Of a stretch of 64,000 nucleotides of DNA, positions 25,210-38,021 are shown piece by piece (the stretch's first letter is position 1; each line of letters starts with the position of its first letter). Source of the stretch: Pecten maximus (Eukaryota). The translations under genes and the position numbers were made by a program. The notes beneath the pieces were generated by a model. That model saw nothing but the letters and a program-made list of their open reading frames with translations. It searched no databases and was not told the DNA's origin. The DNA lies in the NCBI RefSeq assembly GCF_902652985.1, contig NC_047017.1, positions 26,722,001-26,786,000 on the forward strand, read 5' to 3'.

Positions 25210-27162
25210 ATATTTTATATATGATACAATTAGGCATTGAAGAACATATATTTTGGTCAATCCTCTGAAAATAATGCCAATTTATATTATAATAATTAAG
25301 CCTCATTTTTCTTCGTTTCGGTATTTCCAAGTCCGCTTCACGTGTGGTCCATTTCAGTAAATATTCTCGTCTTTACCGAAATAAAAACAAGCTATATAAT
25401 TGTTCATTTTAAACATGACAACTGCCAACCACACATATCCAAAAATGTTATTGTTGATATCATCTGAATATTGCCGTAGTTATCTGTCACTTCGATTGTA
25501 AACCCCCTGCCAAAGTCATGGAAGAATCGACCAATCAAATTGGTTTAACTTTTGATTTCCGTAATCTTGCAGTTACCTCCCTTACAACAGTAAATACGTT
25601 CCAAGTATCGCCTACAACAAGCAATCCCGTGCACATAACAAGATATTATCATTTGCATTTGATTTATTGGTCATTTTCGTCAAAGGAAATTGGTATGACA
25701 ACGTTAACGCTATGACCAGTCACCCTGACCACAAATGTCACCTAATTGTAAGTCTATACATATGTACAGTTCTTTCTCGCAAACACCGTTAACACCTGTA
25801 TAGTATGATACAATGTATCGTCTCGTATGCCGTTATTGATATATTTCTTTCTCTAAATTATAGAAATACACACCTAGTTGATAATGATGTAACATTCTAG
25901 AATATACATATTACACATTTAAGTAAATCGCGGACATATTTGCAGACCTATGCTATAATGTCAACCGTTTTGGAATGAACACGGAAGAGCAAAACTTTCT
26001 AAACATCCGGAGACGAATGGTAGCAGGTGTACAGTAAAAATAACCTCTAATAAAGTATATATATTTGAAATCTGTACAACATTTGCAATTTTAATAGAGC
26101 TCTGAAGGATAAGTAAACTGATATTTTCTGTGATTTTTAGAGCTGTGAATACCATGGTAACAGCTTAAAAAATTCTCAAAAATTGCAAAATATTATGATA
26201 TTTGACCCAAAATGGCACAATTCTCTACATAATTTTTTTTCTGAAACATATTTAAAATTAAATATCTCTAACCCAAAGACAGAATTAATCTTGTTTGGAC
26301 ATATGTTGTAAATTAAGTTTTTCCGCTATCTTACCTTTTCTGTGGGCTTCCATTTTGCGCTGTAGGCAAAACTAAATTTCCTGTGTAAACACACGTTCGG
26401 AAAATCCGGATATTTAAAATCCGGAACCAATTTATTGATTTTTGTTTTAATAAATGTGAAGCCTGTATATACTACTTCATACTGAATATACCAATTATAG
26501 TGTACATTTATTTTTTCGTTTTTTATGCATATCACAATACAGGAGTTATTTGCTTAACAAAAAAATTGCCCATGGCCAGGCTGTCTTACTGTGGTGTGCT
26601 ACCAATGCGCCTGCGCAATAGTTGTTTACATAGAGAATACATGGTCAGTGTCTTAAAATATAAGCTGTATTTTGGCGAGGGTAAAGAAAGACAAAAGTGG
26701 CGAGCCTTGGCGAGCCACTTTTGTCTTTCTGTCCCGAGCCACTGACCATGTATTCTATTTATCCTGCAACAGTCATAAAAATAATCATTTTTAAATGAAA
26801 CGGTGTCAAAAATGACAGAAATATGTTCGCCTTTTAAACGTAGTTTCACTTTGAAGTAGGTTAGTCGAACTGACGCACGTGCTGGGATTCCAAAATACAG
26901 CTGTTTTCCGTCACTGCCGTATACAGCAAAAATATATACGGTGGGTGTATTCCGACAATGCGGTGGCAGTTGCAGGATAAATAAATATATTGACCTGGAG
27001 TTATTCTCAAAGTTCAGGTTTATTTAGTCTTAACATTTCGCTAGCGTTAGGCATTTCTCAAATCGTATGCATCTTGAAAACATCTACTGAATATATTTCA
27101 ACATTTTCGGTAAAACTTCTATATAAAACGAAGATGTTTTTGCAGGTAAATTATTTGAAGCG

Positions 27163-27423
27163 TAAGGCAATGGGGGCAGTCATATTTCATTGAAACAGAC
27201 AGTAGATGGCGTATTGGTGAATGTGGTTACCAAATATGGTCATATTTCTCAGTCCAGTTCTTGATTGCAATAACCGAACATTATGTTCGTTTAAGGCAAT
27301 GGGGGCAGCCATATTTCATTGAAACAGACAGTAGATGGCGTATTGGTGAATGTGGTTACCAAATATGGTCATATTTCTCAGTCCAGTTCTTGATTGCAAT
27401 AACCGAACATTATGTTCGTTTAA
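27163..27423. repeat. 129-bp tandem duplication (2 copies, near identical)
   Basis: TAAGGCAATGGGGGCAG...TTATGTTCGTT starts at 27163 and again at 27292; one visible substitution. Confidence 0.95.
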
Positions 27424-28158
27424 AAATGTAATAAATATGTTTTCCTAAATGCATGTTTGATAACTCCAAATGATTATTAGATGTTTCAGTTATTTCCCTT
27501 TTACCGAGTCAAATATGAAATGAGAGAACACTACCTAAAGATTTGCTTGTCGGGTCATATTTTGACAATAACGATTACTTATATTCCAATAAAATCCACA
27601 GCCACTAACTAGCATTCCTGTATGCTGTCTCCTTGGTCGCATCACAAAGTTTGGGGGATTTGCACCTTTAATCAAAATAATAAAGTGGTAGGGAGACATC
27701 GGGAAGGAAAAAAAGTTAAGATGAATATTTTTTGTGTCTTGTGTGGTATCATTATTTTCACTCGTGGGAAAATCTGTGGTTTGTAGGAAATACCCTTTCA
27801 TATCCATTTGAGGTATACATGTCTTATTAGGCCAGAAACATCAAATTGCTTAGTCCGAATTAAACATTAAAGAGATATCAATGAATGGATAAAATCGGAA
27901 AAGAAAATACTAATTCTTACATCTATTTCTTTAACATTTATTATCAAGAATGTGTTACATTAGATCTTCCGTGTACAAATTAAATAAAAACATGTATAAA
28001 CTGAAAGTCACCGTCAATAACAGTATCATCTAACATGTATATCAAAATAATCAGAAGCATATACCAACAGAGAGTTGGTGAAAAATAGACATGAATGTTG
28101 TTTGCAATGGAAAGCCCGTGGAATGTAAACTTGCCCAACCTCAATGATTTTTAAAACC

Positions 28159-29784
28159 TTATTTGCAGTACCATCGGCACGGATGCTGTCTGGGATTTGC
28201 AAACGTTTTCCGTTCTCCAAAACGGCATGTTCCTTCGGCGTGATTGAACCGTCCTCTGTAGAAATGACTAGTTGGTCTGTCGTCAAACTCGCCTTTGATA
28301 TTGCAACTTTCGAATGCTACAAGTCCGTCGTTTGGAAGTGAAAGTTGTGTGTATGCGGACACAAGGTGTAAACGAGCACTCATGGAGAAAGACATGTCCA
28401 TTCCGAAAGCGCTCGTTCCACACACAGCACCGGATATGTGACGCTTGGCCGTTCGTATAAGGTCATTATATGATACACCGGTAGGGGAAATGTATGAAGT
28501 ATTCATCGTCACATACGCATGTGACGGGTGATTGCTATTTGGTTCACAATAATGTAGCTCTCTTAACACAATATATGTAATTTTAGTTCCAAAATTCTTT
28601 TTTGAGCAAAGAGTTTGTAGCTCATCCGAGACTTTACTGCCTCTCCAAGGTGCTTGTATTGAGTACCAAATACTTGTTCTATGGTCAAACTTACAGATAC
28701 GTCTATGGAATGCCGCGGCAACCACTAAATTACCCATAGAGTGGGTAAATAGCATAGTGTTTGAAATCGGCCGACTCGAATTGCCGATCGCAAATTCACA
28801 AAACCATTCATGCGTTTTTGTATCGTCCCAACCACGGTCAATACTATTATACCACATAAATCTGCGTGTAAGGCATTGGGGAGTGTAATGTTCAATGAAG
28901 CTCCCCCAATAGATCGGTAAAGCTCCCATGTCTTTATAGCTGTCTGTTGGCGGTCGCTCTCCTGCTCCGTGAATGAATAAACAATGTTTCCTTCGTTTTG
29001 TCTTCAGGAGTGTATTTTCTGATTTTGTGATATAATCGTCAGTTGAAACGATACCTTCTTGTAGATGTGGTATATTCGGGTCCATAAAATTGCATTGTTC
29101 TAACTTTTGAGGTAGTTTGATAACGTCAGACGAACGCGAGTTCCATTTCGTTACCATGGCGCGTGTTCCGCCGTGGTCAATATAAACCAATCGCGATCCT
29201 TGGATACACAATACTATATGTCCTTCTGTTGTATAAAATTCGCTTCCTGTACAGGTAGAATCGTTTGCTTGTCTTCCAGTAAATAATACGGCCTGTTTCT
29301 GGAGAATGATTTTAATAACCGTTAGCCATTCGACTGATTCTGTGTCGTTTCGACAAAACCATTCCTCATCCGTACCATAAATCAGACCATATACTGCCGA
29401 ATTGTTGGCGTATATAAACCTGCTAATCATCTTATCGTGTGAAGATGAATCGGAAATACTTGTATGAGTTTCTTGATATGTAATAGTTTTAGCATTCGAG
29501 TTCCATTCAAAATCGATCATTATATGTGTACCTTCTGTTCCATCCTGTAACTGTTTTGATAACTTCAACTGCGCTTGGAAGAAATGTGAAAATATGTGTT
29601 GCGCAGTTTGGCTTGTAGCAGAGAAAGTATCGGTAGCGGATGTGACGTACGCAATATGGACACGGATGAATATAAATACTAGCGCTGCGAGCAACACAAC
29701 AGCCAGAGCCACTTTACAGTATGGTCGTCGAGGGGGGCGTCTCGTGTGTGTCTTCAGAAGTCTTGTTCTTTCCTGGTCCGCCAT
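28159..29784 (-). CDS. Uncharacterised type II membrane alpha/beta-hydrolase (lipase/esterase-like), 541 aa, single coding exon
   Basis: Uninterrupted ORF with N-terminal TM (VALAVVLLAALVFIFI), CLFIHGAG oxyanion segment, THSMG nucleophile elbow, APWRGS, NDG Asp and FNH His. Splice-acceptor-like CCTTTCAG ends at 29823, just 5' of the ATG. Paralog of 39945-41603. Confidence 0.88.
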   Translation of the reverse strand: MADQERTRLLKTHTRRPPRRPYCKVALAVVLLAALVFIFIRVHIAYVTSATDTFSATSQTAQHIFSHFFQAQLKLSKQLQDGTEGTHIMIDFEWNSNAKTITYQETHTSISDSSSHDKMISRFIYANNSAVYGLIYGTDEEWFCRNDTESVEWLTVIKIILQKQAVLFTGRQANDSTCTGSEFYTTEGHIVLCIQGSRLVYIDHGGTRAMVTKWNSRSSDVIKLPQKLEQCNFMDPNIPHLQEGIVSTDDYITKSENTLLKTKRRKHCLFIHGAGERPPTDSYKDMGALPIYWGSFIEHYTPQCLTRRFMWYNSIDRGWDDTKTHEWFCEFAIGNSSRPISNTMLFTHSMGNLVVAAAFHRRICKFDHRTSIWYSIQAPWRGSKVSDELQTLCSKKNFGTKITYIVLRELHYCEPNSNHPSHAYVTMNTSYISPTGVSYNDLIRTAKRHISGAVCGTSAFGMDMSFSMSARLHLVSAYTQLSLPNDGLVAFESCNIKGEFDDRPTSHFYRGRFNHAEGTCRFGERKTFANPRQHPCRWYCK

Positions 29785-32700
29785 TTTGTCTTCTTTCCTA
29801 CCAGACGTATTTCCACTGTGTCCTGAAAGGATATCAGATTGTTAAGAAGTGTAAAGTGAACATATACAATTCAATGTGATATTTCGCTGAGTTCGCGTGT
29901 TATGTTCAAATTAAAAGTCCTAATTCAGATGCGAAAAGAATGTCCCGTCTTTAAGTTTATTGATCATATGCTGATATCATTCCAGAAAATATCTATAGTC
30001 AAAAGACAAATAAGGAAGGTATGCGCGTAGAAGATTAAAAAAGAAAAAGCCATTGAGCCTTGGTCACCTTTATTCTTAAATAATACTGATTGTTGGTGTT
30101 TTTGTTTTCAAATTCAGAATTCAACTAATTTGACCAGTGCAACCTTGAAGCAGATCAACGTCATTCAGATGAACAAACTTTTCAGTCTGTTATCAAAGCA
30201 TGTCATCCTCCCAGTATCATAACCATGGGCTTATTTATTGTTTACACCTGTTACCTTGAAAGTAGGGCAAGGTCATAAGTTTAGACTGTATTTTATATAT
30301 TATAAACAAACATTAAAGTCAATACATAAATAAACAACAAGGACTCGAAATAAATATTACTTATCTAAATGTGTCTCCTTATCATCGTGAATTTGCGTAA
30401 GGACAGCATTGTTACTTAATTTGGGATGGTATCGTAAAACATGGAGGTAAGAAAATCAGGAAAGGAGGGTAAAAATGGGAGGGGCACCGAGAATAAGAAG
30501 AAAAAACTTAAGAAGGCCAAAACAAACATGAATAACTCAATAAATGGGATGAAAATCTTATTAGAATGTATTTGGTGGCATACTTAGGCTAAATATCTCA
30601 CTATTACAAACATTCACAGGTTTATAAATACATTTAACAAAGTCCATAATGTATGCTTACTTGCTTTATCACATCAATTTGAAACAAAGTATACTGATAG
30701 AAGAGAGAGATTACATAAAGTTTGGAGCGGGTATACTAAGAACATCGGCTGTTTCCCTGACAAGACGAGGGTTTATAGGGCCAGGACCAACAACTATTTT
30801 GCAGTCAAAGGGGTGTATTACGTCAAAAACATCCTGTCGGGATACATAACAATGTCAGAACGAAGGTGATTATGAGTGTTGTGCTGATCGATCTTCCACC
30901 ATTCCTTCCAATTGGTGTTATCATGGTGTTAAACTTTACACAAAAGTTTATTAAAACAACCACGTTTAATTTTACGAAGGGTATCTGTACACGTTTTATG
31001 GGCTTTTCTGAATTTCAGCGTGGCTTCAGACTTCTGTGACTATTCAGCTTTTCGGGGTTAATACTTTCGTTTACGAATCAATTTTCTTATTACATTATTC
31101 ATTTACAAAGCATAATTCTCTCTGATATTTATATCTTCACTTGGTATACGCGCACTTGCAATATTAAGTCCACAGCGTGTAAATTGGTCTCCACTTTTGT
31201 CGGTGTCATTGGTGTCAAGAGTACTGCCCAGGTAAATATTAAAAAGTCTATCGAGATATTCATCTAGGTCATAAACCATATTTACCTTTAAAACAAGATC
31301 TTAGGGGTTTCGAAAATGTAGGACTGTCATACACAGGACAATGAAATCGTATAGACTGGTCAATGATAGTCTCACTCACAAGACACATATTTACTAAAGA
31401 CGAATCTTTTACGCATTTACGCAGACTATATCTAGGAACGAGGGGGACGATAAGGGGGGGGGGGGGGGAGGTGTCCATTTTACTCTTATATTCGTCAAAA
31501 ATATATTAAAAATTATTATTACAGAAAAAAAGCGAAGTGTTTTCAAATTAGTCAAATTATGAAGTGTGAATAATGTAAAAGAACTCAATAAAACTGGTAA
31601 ATTATCCATTTAGCTTTTAGAAAAAGGGTAGAAAAAGTTAATAGTTAAATATTATTTTGTTAAACTAATGGGATGCATAAGCTTACAATATCATGTTGAA
31701 CACTCTCCGACCATGTAACTGTTTTATTGTATATCTATGCATTACCATGTTGTTATTTTCACTTATGGACCGGTAGATCATTGGAATAAATTGAACTTGA
31801 ACTTATAGACCTGACAACGCTTTGGGTAGGATTAAAGGTATGGCAAAAAAGGCAGCCGCAATAGGTCACTTTAGACTTCACTTCGTCTAAGGTGATCTGA
31901 AAATATAGGTTCATTGCACGTACTTGTATATGTAATAATTATGTATTTGAAACGTATCAGCATGTGTTGACAAGATATTTGAAAAATACTGACGTGATGA
32001 ATCAAAAGATATTTAAAATCCATGTACAAATGTAGATAATATAATGTAAAAATGTCATTTATCGTCATGTTTGCATAAAATATAGAACAATACGTGAGTC
32101 TTACAAAATTTAAAATCGAAAACGATATAAAGAATTAATCTGAACCGTGGTTTAATATCACTTATTCATAAACTGTTCAATGTAATCAGGATGCTACTTT
32201 TAAATTTTAAAAATAGCATACTTGTCAGTAATTGTATACGTTCACGTGACATACAGTTCCGAATTAATAATGTACAGGGTATCAATGCATGACAATAAAT
32301 ACTAAACGTCCCAATGCATTTTTCATCGGTGACTGATAAGAGGTACATACAATGTACATACGTACCCACGTATTGTACATGTAAAATTATACGCTAAATT
32401 TATACGATACATTTTTAAATCCGTGTACATTTTCAATTGTCAGTGTTTATTTACTTTTTATATTGCACTTTCATGAGATTCAGACAAATAATTTTACAGT
32501 AGCGTATTAAATCATACCTAATCATGAATATGTAACGTGTCTATGATTGAAAATGATATTTAAAATATATCAATATCTGTATAGAGAGATTTATCCGTTT
32601 ATCAGCAAATAAATAAGTAATGATCAGCAAAATACCACAGTTTATCTCCTGTAACATACGCAAAAGCATACCTACACTTAAGTTTTCATTCTGGGTTATA

Positions 32701-34582
32701 CGTAGGAACGCGCCAAGCTCGAGCTCCTGTGTACACGTCCCGCAGTATTACATAAAAAACTGTATTGAGTGGTGTGCTGGGCAGGTAAGGTAAACAATTG
32801 AATAAGATAGAAAATGACGTGAAAGCACGAAAACAAGGAAGTTTTTGAACAAGGAAAAAACTCATTGAACAAGGAAAAAACTCAGTTGACAATGTCCTGT
32901 TCTTTGTAGAGTATAAGTGTCAGAACAAATAATCGTTCGTTACACGCAAAGAAAATGATTCTAAGAAATCATAACCATTCCTCAAAAATACGGTTGATGC
33001 GTATTATTTCTATGAATTGAAACTTTTTTTGTGTAAACTTATAAAAACCAATCAGAAGGGTAGAGTCTAAGCAATTAAATCATATAATACATAACGCATA
33101 TATATGCTTGCGAGAAAAATATGCTCACCAAATAATTGCATAAGAAAAAATTGTTTCTAAACAATAGTGATTGTAAAAAAATGTATCTATTACGTAATGG
33201 AAGTTTATGTTCTTATTGAATAATTAATTAACATGTTTGTTAAAATCTGTATATTGTATGTCCATTAAAGTCACCTAAGAAGTTGTACGTTCAAGATTGA
33301 TAATTTTTGCAGATGCCCCTAATACGCCGCCGTACCTAGGATAATGACATAAAATACAATTTTCAAAACAAAAGAGATTCGATAGGCCTAAAAAGGTTGT
33401 TACACAACCGGTATGGGGTCTATTTGACCAGACAAACAGAAAACAACCCTCACCTCACGGTAGTTCTAAAACACCTTCTCCGGTAAATATACCGGTGAAA
33501 AATTCAGCTTATATGACACAGTATATAAATGAATCCCTATTTCTTCCTCAAATAACACCTACCTCCTGCTGAGACAAGTGTTAGTGTATAGAGAACACCC
33601 CCTGTAGTCCTGTGTCCTTGCCGGTATTGGATAGTGCCTCTGGAAAATGCATCTTACTCGCCAAGAAGAGTATTGTCCAATTAATTAGAGGCCAGAGCGC
33701 ACATCTTGTATAAATTTGTAAACTACCTGCAAGATAAGAAATAGCCTTTATACATGAACATGTACAGTATAAATACTTATATGATAATTGTATGTACTAC
33801 ACATAAGTACACATACGGTATGTGTAGGGATTTATTCATATCGTCAAAGCAAAATATGCTTTCCTTGTTTTTGTGATTTGTTTTTTAAGTAAAAACAGTT
33901 TAAAAAATCACTGCAAAAATGTAGGTTATATGTTTTATGGCTGAAATAAACTGTTGAAAGTTATTGCCTTGTTCACAGGGACTTGGCTTGGTCCACATAT
34001 GTATACATGTACCACAAGCATTTGCATCTAGTCTGTATTTATAGAAAATGTACAAGCCACTACTACTACTATAAAGTATCTATAGAAACATAAATACTAG
34101 CGCCTACTCCTACTATATTATGGGTGGCGGCTAGTTTTGTTTTTGTTTTTTTTAAACACTAACCAAAAAGAGACGCCTGTGTTTGTACAAATGATACCGT
34201 ATTTAACAAAAAAATATATAATAGGTATTGTATAGGGATAATGAAATTGGCAATGTATGTCAAGTCTCTGTGAGCCGTCTGACAATACATGGTATACCCT
34301 AGAACAAACATTGTCTTGTAAGTTAAAAGTATGTAAAGCTATTCGTTTATAACCTAAGTTTTCTCCAAACAAGTCTGTCGTCAATGGTCAAACAACATGC
34401 CTTTTTGTTGGAGATTACCGAACTCCTGTCGTTGTCTGGGAACCACGTCTGGGAACCAACAAAGTTTAACACTGACGCGCCTCCACAGTAGATACCATTT
34501 TAACAATAGGGGCTAATTGTAGTCATTAGGGTATTATGTGGGGTTAAATTACTGCACGCCTCCAGAGTAAAACCACTATAAC

Positions 34583-34785
34583 AATATGGGTTAAATATAT
34601 ATATATATATGTATAGTCGTCAGGATATTAATTGTTTAAAGAAATTAAGTAAGTGGAACTGTAATATATAATACATGTACCCCCACATGTAAATATGGGT
34701 TAAATATTTATATATATATATATATATGTATAGTCGTCAGGATATTAATTGTTTAAAGAAATTAAGTAAGTGGAACTGTAATATA
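34583..34785. repeat. ~110-bp local tandem duplication containing (TA)n
   Basis: AATATGGGTTAAATAT(TA)nGTATAGTCGTCAGGATATTAATTG...GGAACTGTAATATA occurs twice. Confidence 0.85.
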
Positions 34786-37700
34786 CAGCTCCCCCCGGAT
34801 AGAAAGAAATAATAATGAAATATTACGATCACTGTTTTGTCTAAAATTATACACTAAATCACTAAATGTTAGAATTCATGTTAGAATTCAAAAATAACCG
34901 CTTGCACATTTTCCTGAAGAAACTACCTAAATTATTTAGAAAAATGAGTTTATGATACATATCATAATATCGATGTCGAACACAACAAGCTATGTATATA
35001 TATTGTATATATCAGCCAAGGCCGATCAGTTATTTTTAAATTTACTATATCAACCTATGATAGACCCCTATATTTCTTAAGATCTCTTCGTTGTCCGCCC
35101 AACGTTGAGATTTTGACTGCTAACCCTATTGTTATTGAGGCGCGGGGCGGGTGTGTGACGGTAGTCACTGATGGGGTGGGGACATACACACAAGGAGGAC
35201 GTATTCATTATGAACACACCTCGTTAGATTTACAACATGATTCCTGGTAATTATCCTATAACAAAATAATCGAATCACATTACAACAAAATCATTAAATA
35301 ACTTCAAAAACAAGTTACGGTGTACAATCTCTAACAGACAACACTACAGCATATGTGTGTACTATTATACACACGTCATGTCACTGCCGTACATGTGTAA
35401 TGCATGCACACGTAGAGTCAATGGTCTCTATATTAGATCCCACAACGTGTTGGAACAGAAATTAATAAAACATAAACACTTACCCCATATTCTCCATCTA
35501 GGAACCCGTGTCGGATGTTTGGGCTTTACTCTGTGTACAGTCGTGCATGGTTACGTCGACCGGTCTGACCTCAATATAGGACGAACACAAGTGAAATCGT
35601 ACGATTCGACCGATATATGATGTTGCAAACCTGAATAACCCGTCGTTTATCTTCAAGTACTCTTACTTGAACATTTTGGTTGTCAAAGGCGTAAATTAAT
35701 AGCGATGTGTAATTATCACATGACTTTTTTTGAGCGTGCCGTGTTTATCACACCTCGTGATTGTAACTAAGGCTAGGTAAAGCGAGAGTTACACATTTTA
35801 CACGCCACAAGCACTGACAACACTGTGACTGTGTAAAATAAGACAGGACCGACCTGGAAACAATAAAACACCTGGGGCGGGGAAATTACACTCGTAACCA
35901 ATGACGATTCACGAATTTAGCCATTTTCCCTTAGGCTGTTTACTGTCATATTGTCATAGTGTAGGATCAGACACAATTATGATTACGGTTTATTTTAGTT
36001 AGATATGTTTTACCTAAACTACATGTATGTTCTGACTTTGATTACAGTTGTAATATACATGTATAGTGAAGCACTAGATTACATTGTCCTACGATTTAAT
36101 TTTACTTCGATACAACACTGCATATGGTTATCATGTTTATCCAGGATTTATTTGAAAAAATTAGCGTGGCATACGAATTAACGTGGCAGGTTTTGGAAAT
36201 CATCGTTATAACTTTAAATCGTAGCTTTCGCGATATTTGAACGTATGAAAAATTCAAGTCCGTGTCAAAACTAATGACATATATTCTTTAATCTCCAATT
36301 TAACACATAAACAAATACGTCATCGGACTGATATTCAAAAATGCAAAAAATCTTAAGCATACCTATATTAAACTTATTATAAAAACGTTGACACTACAAA
36401 AGAAATTCTGGTACGTGTAGCGATTCCTATGACGAGACAACTAAGAAACATTCATTAAAAATCCAATGCATGGACACCGGTTCTATATTTCAATTCTTTA
36501 TCAAAATTTGGAAATACATAATCGTCCAGAAAAAAATACAATAAACATTATGATATGAAATATTCTAAGAAGCATATTAATATATATATATATATATATA
36601 TATATTAGGTTGAAATAAATTTTATTTTTCTATAATTTCTATATTTTTCGGATAATATAAATTACATAATTCAAATTCAAACAATTTGAATATATATGCC
36701 TTGTTATAAAAAAATATATGCAATACTAGCCAACACCAGAAATCCGTAATAAACGTGTTATATGTGTTATACACTGTTCAAACAGCTAGTCGATACAATT
36801 GCTTACTGGCGAACTTGACATTTCATTTAGCGAGAAGTATGTCCATGCGTTAACAAAATGACATATTTGTCATTTTATGTGTAAGGAGATGTTTATGTCG
36901 TTTGGCCTGTCATATTCTCATCTTTGAATTTTTGTTTAGTGTTAAGGAAGGACAACTCTAACGACATTGTCGACATACGATCTCTTACTGCATATCGCCA
37001 TGACGACGGGGCATTGTCGTAACATAACCGCGAGTGACATAGCGACACAAATGTTAACTCAATGTTCAGTTTAAAACGTGCGGGATAACATCACTTAAAG
37101 AGATTAGACACCGATACCATTTCCAATAAAGACGAAGAGCTTTTGTTCTACGGTTACAAGTGTAAAGAATACACATGTGTGTTTATTTCATTATGTCAGG
37201 TCACGAAATTCCTCATTCAAAACACTTGCATACATGTGAAGTAGATGTCACCCGTGTCCTGATACATAAATAGTTTTTAATCTGCACGTTTTTGTTTGCT
37301 GATTGACCAATCAGTATGTAAAATATACCCTACATCGCTCCACAGACAATAAGCGTAGTCATATAGGCAGTAAGACAGTGTCACTTCCTCATACCTTTCA
37401 TCTGACGTATATCTCCTGGTCGTATGTCGATTGAAAGGAGCAAGCACATATTTTTACAGGAATAGGAGACTTACAATTACAACCATTAGCCAGTTGTTCC
37501 AAAACTTAAAGCGTTATAAAGATGTTAACGCAACATTCAGAATTTAAAAAAAAAATGCTGAAAAATACAAACAAAAACAAAAAACAAATATGCTTGTGAA
37601 TTAATTCGTTTAAATATTTTTACACAATATTTAAAACATTAAATTAGTCACCCGTTTAACTAAATCATGATGCATATTTAGTGATGTTTTATGATTTTCT

Positions 37701-38021
37701 TCCTGGATGTTTCTTTGCTTTTCAAATCTATTTACGGTGATTAAAATAGCCCTGTTTAAGGAAGTTTTAAAATCAAGTGATCACGTTGGAGTTTCCGTAT
37801 ATATATTCTTCCTTGTTAATACAGAAACAAGACGTTTGATCAAAATTGTCATTTCAGAAAGTCCTGATGTGCCAGCAGAGAGAGTCCCTGCTCATCATAT
37901 GGGTTTAGGTAAGAAAACATTTATTGGAGTTGAAGTTGATATGTCACATCGTCGTAAGACTTCTATGGGTGGTACTAAGCATTTGCTGTACATACCCATA
38001 CTACAACTAACGACGATTTAA

